Assembly (NCBI GenBank): GCA_001244265.2
Contig: CDLV01000006.1
Location: 248,001 to 312,000, forward strand
Reading direction: 5' to 3'
Source of the DNA: Microbotryum violaceum
Lineage: Eukaryota
DNA: 64,000 nt
Position numbers and translations under genes: made by a program. How positions within the stretch are numbered: position 1 is the stretch's first letter; every line of letters starts with the position of its first letter. Positions 63,203-64,000 of the stretch are shown here, piece by piece. The notes beneath the pieces are model-generated. The model did not search any database, was not told the DNA's origin, and saw nothing but the letters and a program-made list of their open reading frames with translations.

Positions 63203-64000
63203 ATGGAACATCGGCATTCGATCGCCATGCTACCTCGAACCACCAAATTGTCCTCGCCGCGCATGCTCGAAGAGGAGCAGTTCTATTCGTCGTCCGAGCT
63301 AGGGTTCGGGGCGGACTCCGACGGCGACGAGCGCGACGACGAGCGGCCACCGACGTCCAAACTGAGCGTCTACGACTCGACCCACGACCACGAAACCACT
63401 CCCAGCCTGGGCGATTCACTTCGGAGGTCACATCGGAGCACCGGCAACGGCATGAGCATGGGCACGAGCACCAGCTACAAGATATCTCAACAACTCCGGA
63501 GCCCGCCGCGGCTACTCTACGTCGTGGTCGTCTTGACCGTCCTGTTGATCTACTGCATCTGGCGCAACCCAAAACTAACCCACCAGCTGCCGCGCAACTC
63601 GCTCTTCGGCCACGAGCAGCATCCCGTGTTGGCACCGCTCGACGACTCGGATCTTGAAGTAGCCCACTATGAGCCACCACCACCTGTACCGGCGGCTGAA
63701 TCGATCCAGGCGGGCAAGAACAGGGAGGCCGCCGAGGAGGCTGTCCAAACCATGATGAACAGCTACGTCTGGCAACTCAAGCCGGTGCATGAGAGTTTGT
63801 CGAATATGCTGAAGACGTTGAGCAAGGTAAGTCGTTTTTGTGTGGAGGTTATCCCTGTGCGAATACGCGTGCCCTGACCCAGTCGGTGTCGCGCGCGGAC
63901 CCTCGTCTGCACAGGAGGATCTGCGGGTACGGCAATGGTTGATCGAGACGCGACCCGTTTCGATGGCTGGGACTCCGGTGGGATTGGCGAGCTCGAGCTC
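63203..64000 (+). CDS. Type II membrane protein, 3'-partial, function unknown
   Basis: Acidic/Ser-rich N-terminus, TM LLYVVVVLTVLLIYCIW, intron 63826-63913; runs off the window. Confidence 0.6.

Overview
Intron-rich, GC-rich fungal genomic DNA, most consistent with a basidiomycete (Pucciniomycotina/Microbotryomycetes-like; inferred from gene structure and content). Conserved genes: tubulin cofactor D (5'-partial), SEN1 helicase, YPD1-type HPt phosphotransfer protein, mitochondrial bL35, VNX1-type cation/H+ exchanger and an Rpd3/Clr6-type HDAC. Between them lie five predicted Golgi type II glycan-modifying genes (one TBL/PC-esterase, two fucosyltransferase-fold, one DxD GT-A, one GT92-like) and a frameshifted beta-helix pseudogene. 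Mobile DNA includes two adjacent Ty1/Copia elements and a LINE endonuclease relic. The clearest structure not explained by the ORF track is a family of four complete non-autonomous DNA transposons (12610-14140, 24023-25497, 38847-39091, 40068-41815). All four share an AGGACCCnnGAAAGCnnnGCC terminal inverted repeat and each has its own perfect 8-bp target-site duplication. Their protein relics carry no transposase motif I can assign to a superfamily. Exon boundaries and family calls were made by eye; no searches were run.
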